Below are positions 56,304-64,000 of a DNA stretch of 64,000 nt, piece after piece. The stretch lies in IMG/VR virus record IMGVR_UViG_3300031949_000001, positions 91,305-155,304 of that record; one strand, 5' to 3'. Every line of letters begins with the position of its first letter. The stretch's first letter is position 1. Position numbers and translations under genes: made by a program. Origin of the DNA: a virus. Lineage: Duplodnaviria; Heunggongvirae; Uroviricota; Caudoviricetes. The notes under the pieces were generated by a model. That model had not been told where the DNA came from. It made no database searches and saw nothing but the letters and a program-made list of their open reading frames with translations.

Positions 56304-56879
56304 ATGGACAAAGAAAATCTCATAACAATCAACAACGAGAAAGACAACACGCTGTCTTTCGATGTGATGTTTGAAGGCATTGAAGCCGAAGAAAAAACAC
56401 TTCGTTTGGTCGTGGCGCTCGAAAAACCAAATACCTATCTAATGATGGAATTCGAAACAGCCAACAATAATGCTTATAAGGTTATGATTCCAGCAAAAGT
56501 CTTGCCTATCGGCATCCATGAATGTAAGATTGAGGTTGTGGCTAATGAGCACTTTTTTATTGCTATTGAAGGTAATATCAAAGTAACTGGTACCCCGAAG
56601 GTTTCTGCTAAGCTCAAGGAAGAAGTTAAGAAAAAGCCAGATGAACCTAAAGTAACAATTTCAACGCCCGTCATTGTTTCAGAAGAGCCAGAAGTAAAGG
56701 TTGAAGATGGTTCGTCTTCTATCTCCATAGACGCCGACGCAGCACAAGAAGAATCAGTAATCGAATCTATTGTCGTGCCGGGTCTCTCTAAGGATGATCA
56801 AGTCAAAGGAATTCTTACGGAGTTGGGAATTCAATCAAAGCCGAAAACTAAATCACTAAAAACTTATCTTAAGTCTTAA
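56304..56879 (+). CDS. hypothetical late protein
   Basis: 191 aa; GATAAATA at 56279-56286. Confidence 0.7.
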   Translation: MDKENLITINNEKDNTLSFDVMFEGIEAEEKTLRLVVALEKPNTYLMMEFETANNNAYKVMIPAKVLPIGIHECKIEVVANEHFFIAIEGNIKVTGTPKVSAKLKEEVKKKPDEPKVTISTPVIVSEEPEVKVEDGSSSISIDADAAQEESVIESIVVPGLSKDDQVKGILTELGIQSKPKTKSLKTYLKS

Positions 56880-57408
56880 GGATTCCTAGTTTCTCTAGGC
56901 TCTCAGAAAGCTTCAATAAATGTTTACAAATACCTGTAACTTCCATTGGGTTTGCGTATGGGCGTCCTTCGGGTGGTGGAGGAGTTTTCCTTCGGTATGG
57001 TCCTGGACCTTGACCAAATTGCGTATCCTTCTGGAAGTTCTGCATCCAAAAACGCCAAGCATAATCCAAACACGTACAACTTAATTCAACACCGTGTAGG
57101 TCTCGAAAGACCGGAACTATGTGATAGTCCTGCCCGTTCGCTGCTTTGAATGAAACGACATTTTCATTATCAGCATCCTGATAATCAACATCTCTAAAAA
57201 GCATACGACTATTGTAGGTGTGGCTTTCGCCTCGAATTGCTGCTTTGACTAAAAGCTTGTATTGTTCGGGGTATGGAAAGAATTCAGTTTTTGTTACATT
57301 GACAAGATTTGTCCGATTCTGCCTTGCTTTGGTGCGTGGGAAACCACGCTCGATATTTGTTGATAATTGAGCTAGATTGTCTTCAAATAGATTTTGTAGA
57401 GTGTTCAT
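56869..57408 (-). CDS. SWIM-type zinc-finger protein
   Basis: SCTCLDY...GICKHL (CxC...CxH). Confidence 0.7.
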   Translation of the reverse strand: MNTLQNLFEDNLAQLSTNIERGFPRTKARQNRTNLVNVTKTEFFPYPEQYKLLVKAAIRGESHTYNSRMLFRDVDYQDADNENVVSFKAANGQDYHIVPVFRDLHGVELSCTCLDYAWRFWMQNFQKDTQFGQGPGPYRRKTPPPPEGRPYANPMEVTGICKHLLKLSESLEKLGILKT

Positions 57409-58081
57409 CTTTGATTTCGGACCAGAGTAAAGTCATTTGATTAAATGTATTTAGTCTCTGATCAGCGTTGGACCATAGTTGACTGAAGTAATTAGGCGCA
57501 TAATTCATACACGATACAAAAGTTGCCTTACTACCGCACGACATCGACGGTGCAACCGTGACGAAAAACTCTTCTGCAATATTTTCTTTTACAAATGCGA
57601 AATTGTCACAATAAAGAGAGTTGAAACTTTGACCATGACAAGTGCTAATCGTTGTAGTATCAAAAAGTATTCTTGAGCCGTTGGTGAATTCTAATGTGTA
57701 TTTGTTACGATATTTAAGTTCTAACTCTCTTGAAAAAACTTCCGGTAAAGCGTCGATCATAATTTGTGTTTTATAATTGAGTTCTGTGGCTGATGCCCAT
57801 CTATCCGAAGTTATGATAATTGTCCTATCGGCATAAAATATAGCTTCCCATAAACCAAGCGCACAAATCAATGATGAACCACCGACTTGTCTACTTGTCA
57901 ATAATAAATTGTGATCAAATTCTCGAATGCCTTTGACAACTGTCTTTTGTTTCGAATGTAGTTTGAATGGGACCGGACCATTGGTTCTTGGATTGGTAAC
58001 GTGAATATTGTTATCTATAAAATTAATCGGGTCAAAAGCATTACGTATTGTTTCGTTCTCTGTTTCTGTAAATCCTATCAT
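57383..58081 (-). CDS. terminase large subunit ATPase-domain paralog, degenerate
   Basis: DPINFI, PFKLHSKQ, SRQVGGSS, LYCDNFAFV; no nuclease domain. Confidence 0.75.
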   Translation of the reverse strand: MIGFTETENETIRNAFDPINFIDNNIHVTNPRTNGPVPFKLHSKQKTVVKGIREFDHNLLLTSRQVGGSSLICALGLWEAIFYADRTIIITSDRWASATELNYKTQIMIDALPEVFSRELELKYRNKYTLEFTNGSRILFDTTTISTCHGQSFNSLYCDNFAFVKENIAEEFFVTVAPSMSCGSKATFVSCMNYAPNYFSQLWSNADQRLNTFNQMTLLWSEIKDEHSTKSI

Positions 58082-59724
58082 CTTCCTATCCTTTTAATAT
58101 TTTGTGGAAATTGTGCAAAGGGATCGAACGAGTTGGGGTCTTCTCTGTTTGTCCAATTACCTTGCGCGCCGTTGCCAACAAATGCGGCATTACCTACGCT
58201 GATCGGCATTCCTTCATCTTTATCATCATATTCTTCATCATCCAGGTAGCCGTCTTCGTCTACGACATACATGGCATCAAATGCCTCCTGTTCGTATGCA
58301 GCGACTTCTTCCAGCATTCTTGTCAACACTAGATATGCTGAGACGCAATCGTCTGTCGCCCCGATCTGAGCCTTCCAGGTACCTTCGCGTCGAACGAAAT
58401 ATTTAAGTTCTGTCAAGAGGTCTTTAGAGTAGATTGTGTACTTACTCTTTTCCAAGAGTGCCTTAAAGTTCGCACACGCTTTCATCTTGGATTTTCCTTG
58501 GGTTGAAAAGCCTAATTTGTCCTTACCTTCTTCACACAAGAATTCTCCGATGTTTGGCGGCTCTTCATCGAATTGATATAGAGCAATCAAAGCCTGACCA
58601 ACACCATTATTCTCGACAGAAAAGTATGCTTGACCGCCTACGATTTCGATTCTTCGTAAGATCCATTTCAACGCGAGATACATCGTGGCGTGATCCATGG
58701 TATTGAAACGCCATTCGGCGACTTGTTTCAACGATGGGAACTCAACGACTTCCATAGCGGTGAAGTCCTTACCTGTTCCCGTCGCCGGGTCGATAGCGAT
58801 AAGATAAGTCTTTCCTTTACCTATTTGAGACCAGAATCGAAAACCCTTTTCATTTGGTTCAGGTAATGAAACTTGATCGTTCAATGAAAGAAGGAATCGC
58901 GAAGCAATAAGTGTGGCATCAGAACTTAGAAAAATACACTCAAATTCCTGTTGCCATTTTTCCATGCTACCCAAATTCGCAATTTGTTTTCTCTTAAATG
59001 TTTCATCACGACCCGGTGGTTCATCCCATTTAACCCAACGCGGATGGAATTCGTTCTTTCTACTTTCTGCTTCTCTCCAAAGCTGAGCAAATAAGTTCGT
59101 ATCACCATTTGGAGTCGAAGCGATAATACAATTACCACCTGTTGACAATGTTGGTTGAATGGATGTCCAGAATTCATCCTGAATATTATTTTTAACGTGT
59201 GCGAATTCATCACAAAATAACAAAGATATTGAAAGACCACGACCTGACTGTTCTGTAGTTGCTTCGGATAAGATTCTCGAATCGTTATCAAAACTTATAC
59301 TATGTTTGTTCCAGCCGTCTTCCATTACTCCAGGTTTAAGCCAATTTGGCAACGACTCATAGGCATATCGAATACGTTCGATAATTTCCATAGCGTTTGA
59401 GTTTTTGTTTGAAACGATAAGAACCGTCTTATCATCATTGAAAATGGTAAACCAAAGTAAGTAAGCACCTACTGTGGTCGTCTTACCGACTTGACGCGAT
59501 GCTAATAAAATGTTATATTTGTGTTGTTGAAAATTCTGAATCATCTCCCTTTGGAAGTCATATAATTCAAAGGGAACCGAACCCAACAATGGATGTTGAA
59601 TTCGAACATATTTCACGATAAAATATTCCGGGTCTTTAGCGCACTTCTTTAATTCTTTGAGTTGTTCTGGTGTAAACTCAAATTCTTGGTGCGCTCGGAC
59701 AACCCGAGGATTTTTTGCTGGCAT
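58078..59724 (-). CDS. terL: terminase large subunit (T4 gp17-like)
   Basis: ASRQVGKTT, CDEFAHV, STPNG, QEFEC, IDPATG, VENN, DDCV. Confidence 0.95.
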   Translation of the reverse strand: MPAKNPRVVRAHQEFEFTPEQLKELKKCAKDPEYFIVKYVRIQHPLLGSVPFELYDFQREMIQNFQQHKYNILLASRQVGKTTTVGAYLLWFTIFNDDKTVLIVSNKNSNAMEIIERIRYAYESLPNWLKPGVMEDGWNKHSISFDNDSRILSEATTEQSGRGLSISLLFCDEFAHVKNNIQDEFWTSIQPTLSTGGNCIIASTPNGDTNLFAQLWREAESRKNEFHPRWVKWDEPPGRDETFKRKQIANLGSMEKWQQEFECIFLSSDATLIASRFLLSLNDQVSLPEPNEKGFRFWSQIGKGKTYLIAIDPATGTGKDFTAMEVVEFPSLKQVAEWRFNTMDHATMYLALKWILRRIEIVGGQAYFSVENNGVGQALIALYQFDEEPPNIGEFLCEEGKDKLGFSTQGKSKMKACANFKALLEKSKYTIYSKDLLTELKYFVRREGTWKAQIGATDDCVSAYLVLTRMLEEVAAYEQEAFDAMYVVDEDGYLDDEEYDDKDEGMPISVGNAAFVGNGAQGNWTNREDPNSFDPFAQFPQNIKRIGR

Positions 59725-59749
59725 AGCTCCTCCTTAGGAACTATTTATT
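59723..59749 (-). promoter_or_regulatory. late promoter overlapping an RBS-sequestering hairpin upstream of terL
   Basis: AATAAATA at 59742-59749; stem ATAGTTCCT-AAGG-AGGAGCTAT covers the SD and the AT of ATG. Confidence 0.6.
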
Positions 59750-59772
59750 TGACAAAACTGCTTATGAACTAA

Positions 59773-60219
59773 TCAGTTATTTTGATTTTCTTCCTGTAAA
59801 AGCCTTTTTAATATTTCATTACGGCTCCCAACAATCAAATTCTGATTGACGGTGCTAGGAGCTTTCTTGAGAGAGAATACAAGTTTGTCTTTATGTTTCT
59901 TAATGTCGGCTCGCTCCTTGATTGCCGCCAAAGCTGTAGCCAGTAGAGCGTTCGCAACTTCCATGTTTCGAGCGGCATACTTTTGGTCTTCTAATTCTTC
60001 AACGATCAATACTTGATTGTCATATGCGTCGATAGCTGCATCTGCGATGATTTGGAGCCTTTTTTCGATGTCATCATCTTTTTCATCATAGGTTTCGTGT
60101 GGTTTAAGTTCTCCCGTGGTATCCGTCTTGGTAACAGCGAATTCTGTTGTTCCAGGCGTGATATCAAAAACATCCTCTAAGGGATGTTCGACTTTGCGCT
60201 TTTCAGTGACCTTGCTCAT
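59773..60219 (-). CDS. terS: terminase small subunit (gp16-like)
   Basis: Helical 148 aa; ARNMEVA, TVNQNLIVGSRNEIL; directly upstream of terL. Confidence 0.65.
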   Translation of the reverse strand: MSKVTEKRKVEHPLEDVFDITPGTTEFAVTKTDTTGELKPHETYDEKDDDIEKRLQIIADAAIDAYDNQVLIVEELEDQKYAARNMEVANALLATALAAIKERADIKKHKDKLVFSLKKAPSTVNQNLIVGSRNEILKRLLQEENQNN

Positions 60220-60713
60220 CTGCGTTTACCTGCCCTTTTAATCTTACGTTTCCTAAAATTTTGTTGTCCTCTACCAGCGCCTGGACGTTCTGAGATGATA
60301 CAAAATTCTAATCCTCTCTCTTCGCACCAAACTTTGGCATATTTCCATTTAGCCTGATTCACGTGATAATCGATGACTTCTTTTCTACTGGCGCCTTCGC
60401 GCAAAGTACGCTGGGAGCGCGGTTTGACTTCAACGATTTCATGATGAACCTTTCCGTATTTATCAACATATTTTACGTAGTAATCAGGGAAATATCGATG
60501 AACTTCCCCATCTGTTGGTTTGATGTATGGAATGACGATTGGCTCACTAGACCATTCAAGAATATTGGGATTGTTATCCAGAAATTTATGCATCTCCAAT
60601 TCCCAAGACGACATGTATCGGATAGTATTCAGATTTCCTATGTACTTACGTGGATTAGCTGGGGTGTATAATCCTTGCTTATACCCATCTGGATGTGTAA
60701 CTTCTGTAGTCAT
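60216..60713 (-). CDS. head completion nuclease (T4 gp4-like)
   Basis: KYIG, SSWE, WSSE, HRYFPD, VEVKP, NQAKW. Confidence 0.85.
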   Translation of the reverse strand: MTTEVTHPDGYKQGLYTPANPRKYIGNLNTIRYMSSWELEMHKFLDNNPNILEWSSEPIVIPYIKPTDGEVHRYFPDYYVKYVDKYGKVHHEIVEVKPRSQRTLREGASRKEVIDYHVNQAKWKYAKVWCEERGLEFCIISERPGAGRGQQNFRKRKIKRAGKRR

Positions 60714-62380
60714 TAAATACCCGGAATACTAGTGGCAAAAGCTGATGAGATGATACCGGGAATTTGAGTCGGTGAAGCTGGTACATTACTAACTGGATTC
60801 GCAGGAACCAACGGTGTTTTAGCAGATAATATATCGAAGTTTGTTATTGGGTCAGTTGGGGCTCTTGGATAACGACTGACCGCTGTTTGTGCAGCAACCT
60901 GAGCCGACAAACCAGCAGTCTGGAGTTGTCGAATATTTGTAGCGATGCTTGACTCTCGGCTTGGAGTAGCTGGAGCAGTCTGTGTACCCTGCGACAAAGC
61001 AGCCTGCGAGGCTGCGTTTGTAGATATACCTTTCGGTTTTGATGCTACTGGCGTGGTTTGAAGAGCAGCAGCACCTTGATAATTTAATTGCTTTACGCCT
61101 TGTGGAACTGATTGTTGTAAGCCTAGAAGAACATCTGAATCATTCGTGAAACGCCCCACTTCTAAATTAAGAGCATCATATAGAAAATTGAAAGACATCG
61201 AACTCATTGTTGTCCCATCAGACATGTCCAATCCGTCTAATGCAAAATCTGTAATACGAGGATTGATGTAATGGTAAATATCGGTAGAAACACCGAAACC
61301 ATATACATGGTATATTGTTATTTCGTCAATGATTGTTAGCTCTTCATAAGGTAGAACGCTTCCAATGCTCCCATTACCGTTGTTTTGTAGAGCCGCAGGA
61401 CTCAAAGAACCAGTCCATGGGTTACCAGCATTGGCGGTGAAATAGTAACCTCCATCAAAATTCAAACCAGATGAATCGATGGTATCACCAGTTGCGTTTG
61501 TAACGTCGGCGCTTTTTTGACCATTTGAATTATTGCTTGCAGCAATTTGACTTCTCATTACCGGACTCATGATTTGCATGTAAGACAGAAGGAAAGCCAG
61601 TGTTAAATTATCGATTGAGTCGTGAAGCTCAACAGTAATCGGTTCGTATGAAACCATTTTAGCTGCTCGCGTTCTGAAATTGTACATATTGATTTCTTCG
61701 TAGTCGATCTTCATCTTTGGACGATCTGCCCTTTTAAGTAAAAAGGTGAAGCCGTTACTGAAAATGTTACTAAATTGCCCTTTAAACTTTACATTCATTA
61801 AGAACAAAAATTTTGGCTTTGGAACGTGTGTGTTAATCAAATCTTGAGCATAAGATCGAGTATCAACTAGAACGGCTGGATTTGTTCTACCAAAGGTGCT
61901 GACATTTGGTAGATTATTTTTTCGCAGCAACGTTTCCATAGCCACGACAAACCAGTGCATCTTTGTTAGGCTCGAAGGTAAGTTTTCATAAATCGTTACA
62001 GAAGGGTTTTGAACCAATCGCTGAAGAGTGTTCAAAGACTTCAACGGTCCAAAATTGGATTCACCAAGCTTTTTGTTGACAATGCTCATGAATACGTCGC
62101 TGGCGCCCGCGACACCAGCATTGATGACTGGATTTGAATTACCTTGATTGAGAATTGCTACCTGATTCGGGTCATAACCCATAGCAGTGAACAACTGCTG
62201 ATAACCTTGGTTTGTAAATGATTCAACCGTTCCTTGATTTTGTGCTTGGGTAAAGTCTCGAATAACTGATTGAACGGCGCCATTAACTGATGCGTTAGCG
62301 GAAGTCAAAATAGGGCTTGCCGTATTTTGAAGGTCTGCTACATTACTCGACGCTAATAGATTTTGAATATCACCCGCCAT
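60713..62380 (-). CDS. tail tube-like baseplate protein (gp19/gp54-type domain)
   Basis: ADRPKMKIDYEEINMYNFR...YEPITVELHD...LDMSD...FLYD; start at 62380 (GGAGG SD; GATAAATA at 62403-62410). Confidence 0.6.
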   Translation of the reverse strand: MAGDIQNLLASSNVADLQNTASPILTSANASVNGAVQSVIRDFTQAQNQGTVESFTNQGYQQLFTAMGYDPNQVAILNQGNSNPVINAGVAGASDVFMSIVNKKLGESNFGPLKSLNTLQRLVQNPSVTIYENLPSSLTKMHWFVVAMETLLRKNNLPNVSTFGRTNPAVLVDTRSYAQDLINTHVPKPKFLFLMNVKFKGQFSNIFSNGFTFLLKRADRPKMKIDYEEINMYNFRTRAAKMVSYEPITVELHDSIDNLTLAFLLSYMQIMSPVMRSQIAASNNSNGQKSADVTNATGDTIDSSGLNFDGGYYFTANAGNPWTGSLSPAALQNNGNGSIGSVLPYEELTIIDEITIYHVYGFGVSTDIYHYINPRITDFALDGLDMSDGTTMSSMSFNFLYDALNLEVGRFTNDSDVLLGLQQSVPQGVKQLNYQGAAALQTTPVASKPKGISTNAASQAALSQGTQTAPATPSRESSIATNIRQLQTAGLSAQVAAQTAVSRYPRAPTDPITNFDILSAKTPLVPANPVSNVPASPTQIPGIISSAFATSIPGI

Positions 62381-62418
62381 GGGTATCCCTCCGTATTTCA
62401 ATTATTTATCCGCAATCC

Positions 62419-62447
62419 TTGACATTTGTAATTGGATACTGTAGATT
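62419..62447 (+). promoter_or_regulatory. sigma70-type promoter
   Basis: TTGACA-17-TAGATT upstream of 62477. Confidence 0.55.
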
Positions 62448-62476
62448 GGTAGACGCAACTTAACTGGAGCTAATTC

Positions 62477-63259
62477 ATGACTTTGAAATTTTGTACATTA
62501 ACCGGTGCTGATGATCGCACTAGCATCGATACAATGCTTGATATTTCTGAAAAATACCCGTTTGTCGAATGGGGTATTTTGTTTTATCCTGGTAGATTCG
62601 GTACTCAACGCAATCCAAGTCCCGCTTGGGTCTCTAAATTTCTTGATGCGGTTGAGCGACAAGGTTCACATGTCAACACCGCTATGCATATTTGCGGTGA
62701 ACAAAATCTTGGGTTTTTAAATGGAGATGGTGTCATTCTCGATATCGCTCATCGTTTTGGTCGCATTCAACTCAATTATGCATTCAATAAAATCGATAAT
62801 GATGGATTGATTCGTTCTGGTATAAATCGTGTCAATCCTCAAAAAGTTATTACCCAATATTTCCCACCGAACGAACATTTGTGGGATAAGGTTCTGCTTG
62901 GAGTTGCAAACCATCAAGTTTTATTCGATACGTCTCGCGGTAAAGGCATTTTACCTGAATCTTACCACGCACCATTGTATACCGTAATTTGTGGTTATGC
63001 AGGCGGGCTAGGAATTCACAATCTTGAAACCGAACTTCCAAAAATCGCTAGAGCCGCTATGTCTCATGACTATTGGATCGATATGGAATCAAGTCTTCGG
63101 ACCTTGAACCAAGAATGGTCTGAATTTAAATTAGATGGTTGTGAGCGAGTGCTACGTTTCGTGAAAGATTGGAAGGCAGAAAATGAAATAGGGTTGCTTT
63201 TGCAACCCTATCCAGAAGGCGATTTAAGTAACCTTTTCGTTTCAATTCCGAACGATTAA
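62477..63259 (+). CDS. TrpF-like TIM-barrel protein
   Basis: TGADD, EWGILF, RIQLN, LFDTSRGKG, GYAGGL, WIDMESSLR. Confidence 0.6.
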   Translation: MTLKFCTLTGADDRTSIDTMLDISEKYPFVEWGILFYPGRFGTQRNPSPAWVSKFLDAVERQGSHVNTAMHICGEQNLGFLNGDGVILDIAHRFGRIQLNYAFNKIDNDGLIRSGINRVNPQKVITQYFPPNEHLWDKVLLGVANHQVLFDTSRGKGILPESYHAPLYTVICGYAGGLGIHNLETELPKIARAAMSHDYWIDMESSLRTLNQEWSEFKLDGCERVLRFVKDWKAENEIGLLLQPYPEGDLSNLFVSIPND

Positions 63260-63852
63260 ACTGTACCGACTGCTGGACCACCAAGAGCCTGACTGCCTGA
63301 TGTTCCGAAGAAGCGCTGATATGCGTGATCAAAACGAACGCTTAGGTTAATCTTGACCGAGGTATTTGTTTCTGAATACACTAGGTTGTTATAGTTTGCA
63401 ACCTTGATCCAGCAACCTTCATAGAACCAACTTTCAAGTGGAGCCTGATTGCCATCCATCATGTCAACTTGCATAGAGAATTTGTAAGAGTGAGCATCGA
63501 TAGCGGTAGCTAGAAACGGACCTTCAACACCGATCAAAAATTGCTGTGCCTGAATTTGTGCTTGGATGACCTTGGAAGCTATGCTTGTAATGTCATCTTC
63601 AATAATCATTTCGCACATTTCCCAATTGTGCTTACCCGCGACCCATGCTCGTGAGTTGTAACGATGTAATTCGACTTCATCCCAAGAGAGGTTTGGACGG
63701 TTTACTTCAATAGCCTGTACGGAAACTGGTCGGGAGTCAGGAACTCCACCGATGTTGTTAAACAGAACACGCCATTTATTGGTTAGTTTCGGCTGTAGGA
63801 TACCTGTGCTACCGCCAGGGATAGGGATACCAAAGTCATTGATTGTTGCCAT
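63256..63852 (-). CDS. tail tube protein (gp19-like)
   Basis: LQPKLTNKWRV, NRPNL, AGKHNW, EGCWI, VRFDHA; TATAAATA at 63888-63895. Confidence 0.8.
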   Translation of the reverse strand: MATINDFGIPIPGGSTGILQPKLTNKWRVLFNNIGGVPDSRPVSVQAIEVNRPNLSWDEVELHRYNSRAWVAGKHNWEMCEMIIEDDITSIASKVIQAQIQAQQFLIGVEGPFLATAIDAHSYKFSMQVDMMDGNQAPLESWFYEGCWIKVANYNNLVYSETNTSVKINLSVRFDHAYQRFFGTSGSQALGGPAVGTV

Positions 63853-63920
63853 TGTTTTGTCCTTTAAGAATGTTTAATCCTTAAGAGTATTTATATTCTC
63901 TGGTAAATTTCCCCACAAAG

Positions 63921-63951
63921 CAAAAATCGCGACACTATGTCGCGATTTTTG
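63921..63951. terminator. intrinsic terminator (bidirectional hairpin)
   Basis: CAAAAATCGCGACA-CTA-TGTCGCGATTTTTG perfect 14-bp inverted repeat. Confidence 0.8.
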
Positions 63952-63965
63952 TCGTGATTCAACTA

Positions 63966-64000
63966 TTAATGAATTACTGCACCTTGGCTTACGACACGAA
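63966..64000 (-). CDS. C-terminal end of an upstream gene, probably tail sheath
   Basis: ...RVVSQGAVIH-stop directly upstream of the tube gene; only 11 codons visible. Confidence 0.35.
   Translation of the reverse strand, partial: RVVSQGAVIH

Noticed and set aside
59749-59777. + strand TTGACA as a promoter antisense to terS
   Set aside because: There is no acceptable -10 box at 16-18 bp spacing.
60216-60713. TnsA-like transposase indicating a mobile element
   Set aside because: Motifs and position next to terS/terL fit the T4 gp4 head-completion nuclease, and no transposon ends or partner genes are present.
1-64000. Stop-codon reassignment as seen in some large phages
   Set aside because: Conserved genes (terL, uvsW, uvsX, clamp loader) are full-length in the standard code and the ORFs tile the window densely.
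1-64000. CRISPR array, tRNA or rRNA genes
   Set aside because: No repeat-spacer periodicity or cloverleaf was seen, and intergenic gaps are short. A covariance-model scan was not run.

Overview
This 64 kb window is a segment of a large T4-related (jumbo-type) myophage genome. It reads in the standard genetic code, mostly on the minus strand. It holds a replication/recombination block (gp32-like SSB, UvsX, UvsY, UvsW, clamp loader gp44/gp62, and two separated DnaE-like half-genes), a packaging/tail block (TerL, TerS, gp4-like nuclease, tail tube and tube-like proteins), and about 30 kb of modular tail-fibre/adhesin-like genes. Eighteen NATAAATA late-promoter octamers sit just upstream of genes, and several sigma70-type promoters are visible. 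The main candidate for an undescribed system lies at 13.5-20.7 kb, between fibre genes. It has four tandem radical SAM enzymes, an unknown 307-aa protein, a 93-aa protein ending in CNCNCNCAC (likely substrate), and a 157-aa protein sharing with it an exactly spaced G-x7-F-x7-N-x4-H[ST]H-x3-D motif, behind an apparently leaderless sigma70-type promoter. Other notable items are a DnaE split precisely at the palm into genes 27 kb apart, a catalytically dead TerL ATPase paralog, T4-style RBS-sequestering hairpins overlapping late promoters, a late-expressed glycosyltransferase/methyltransferase pair, and an ExbB/ExbD-like membrane triad. All calls come from motif recognition by eye; no searches were run.
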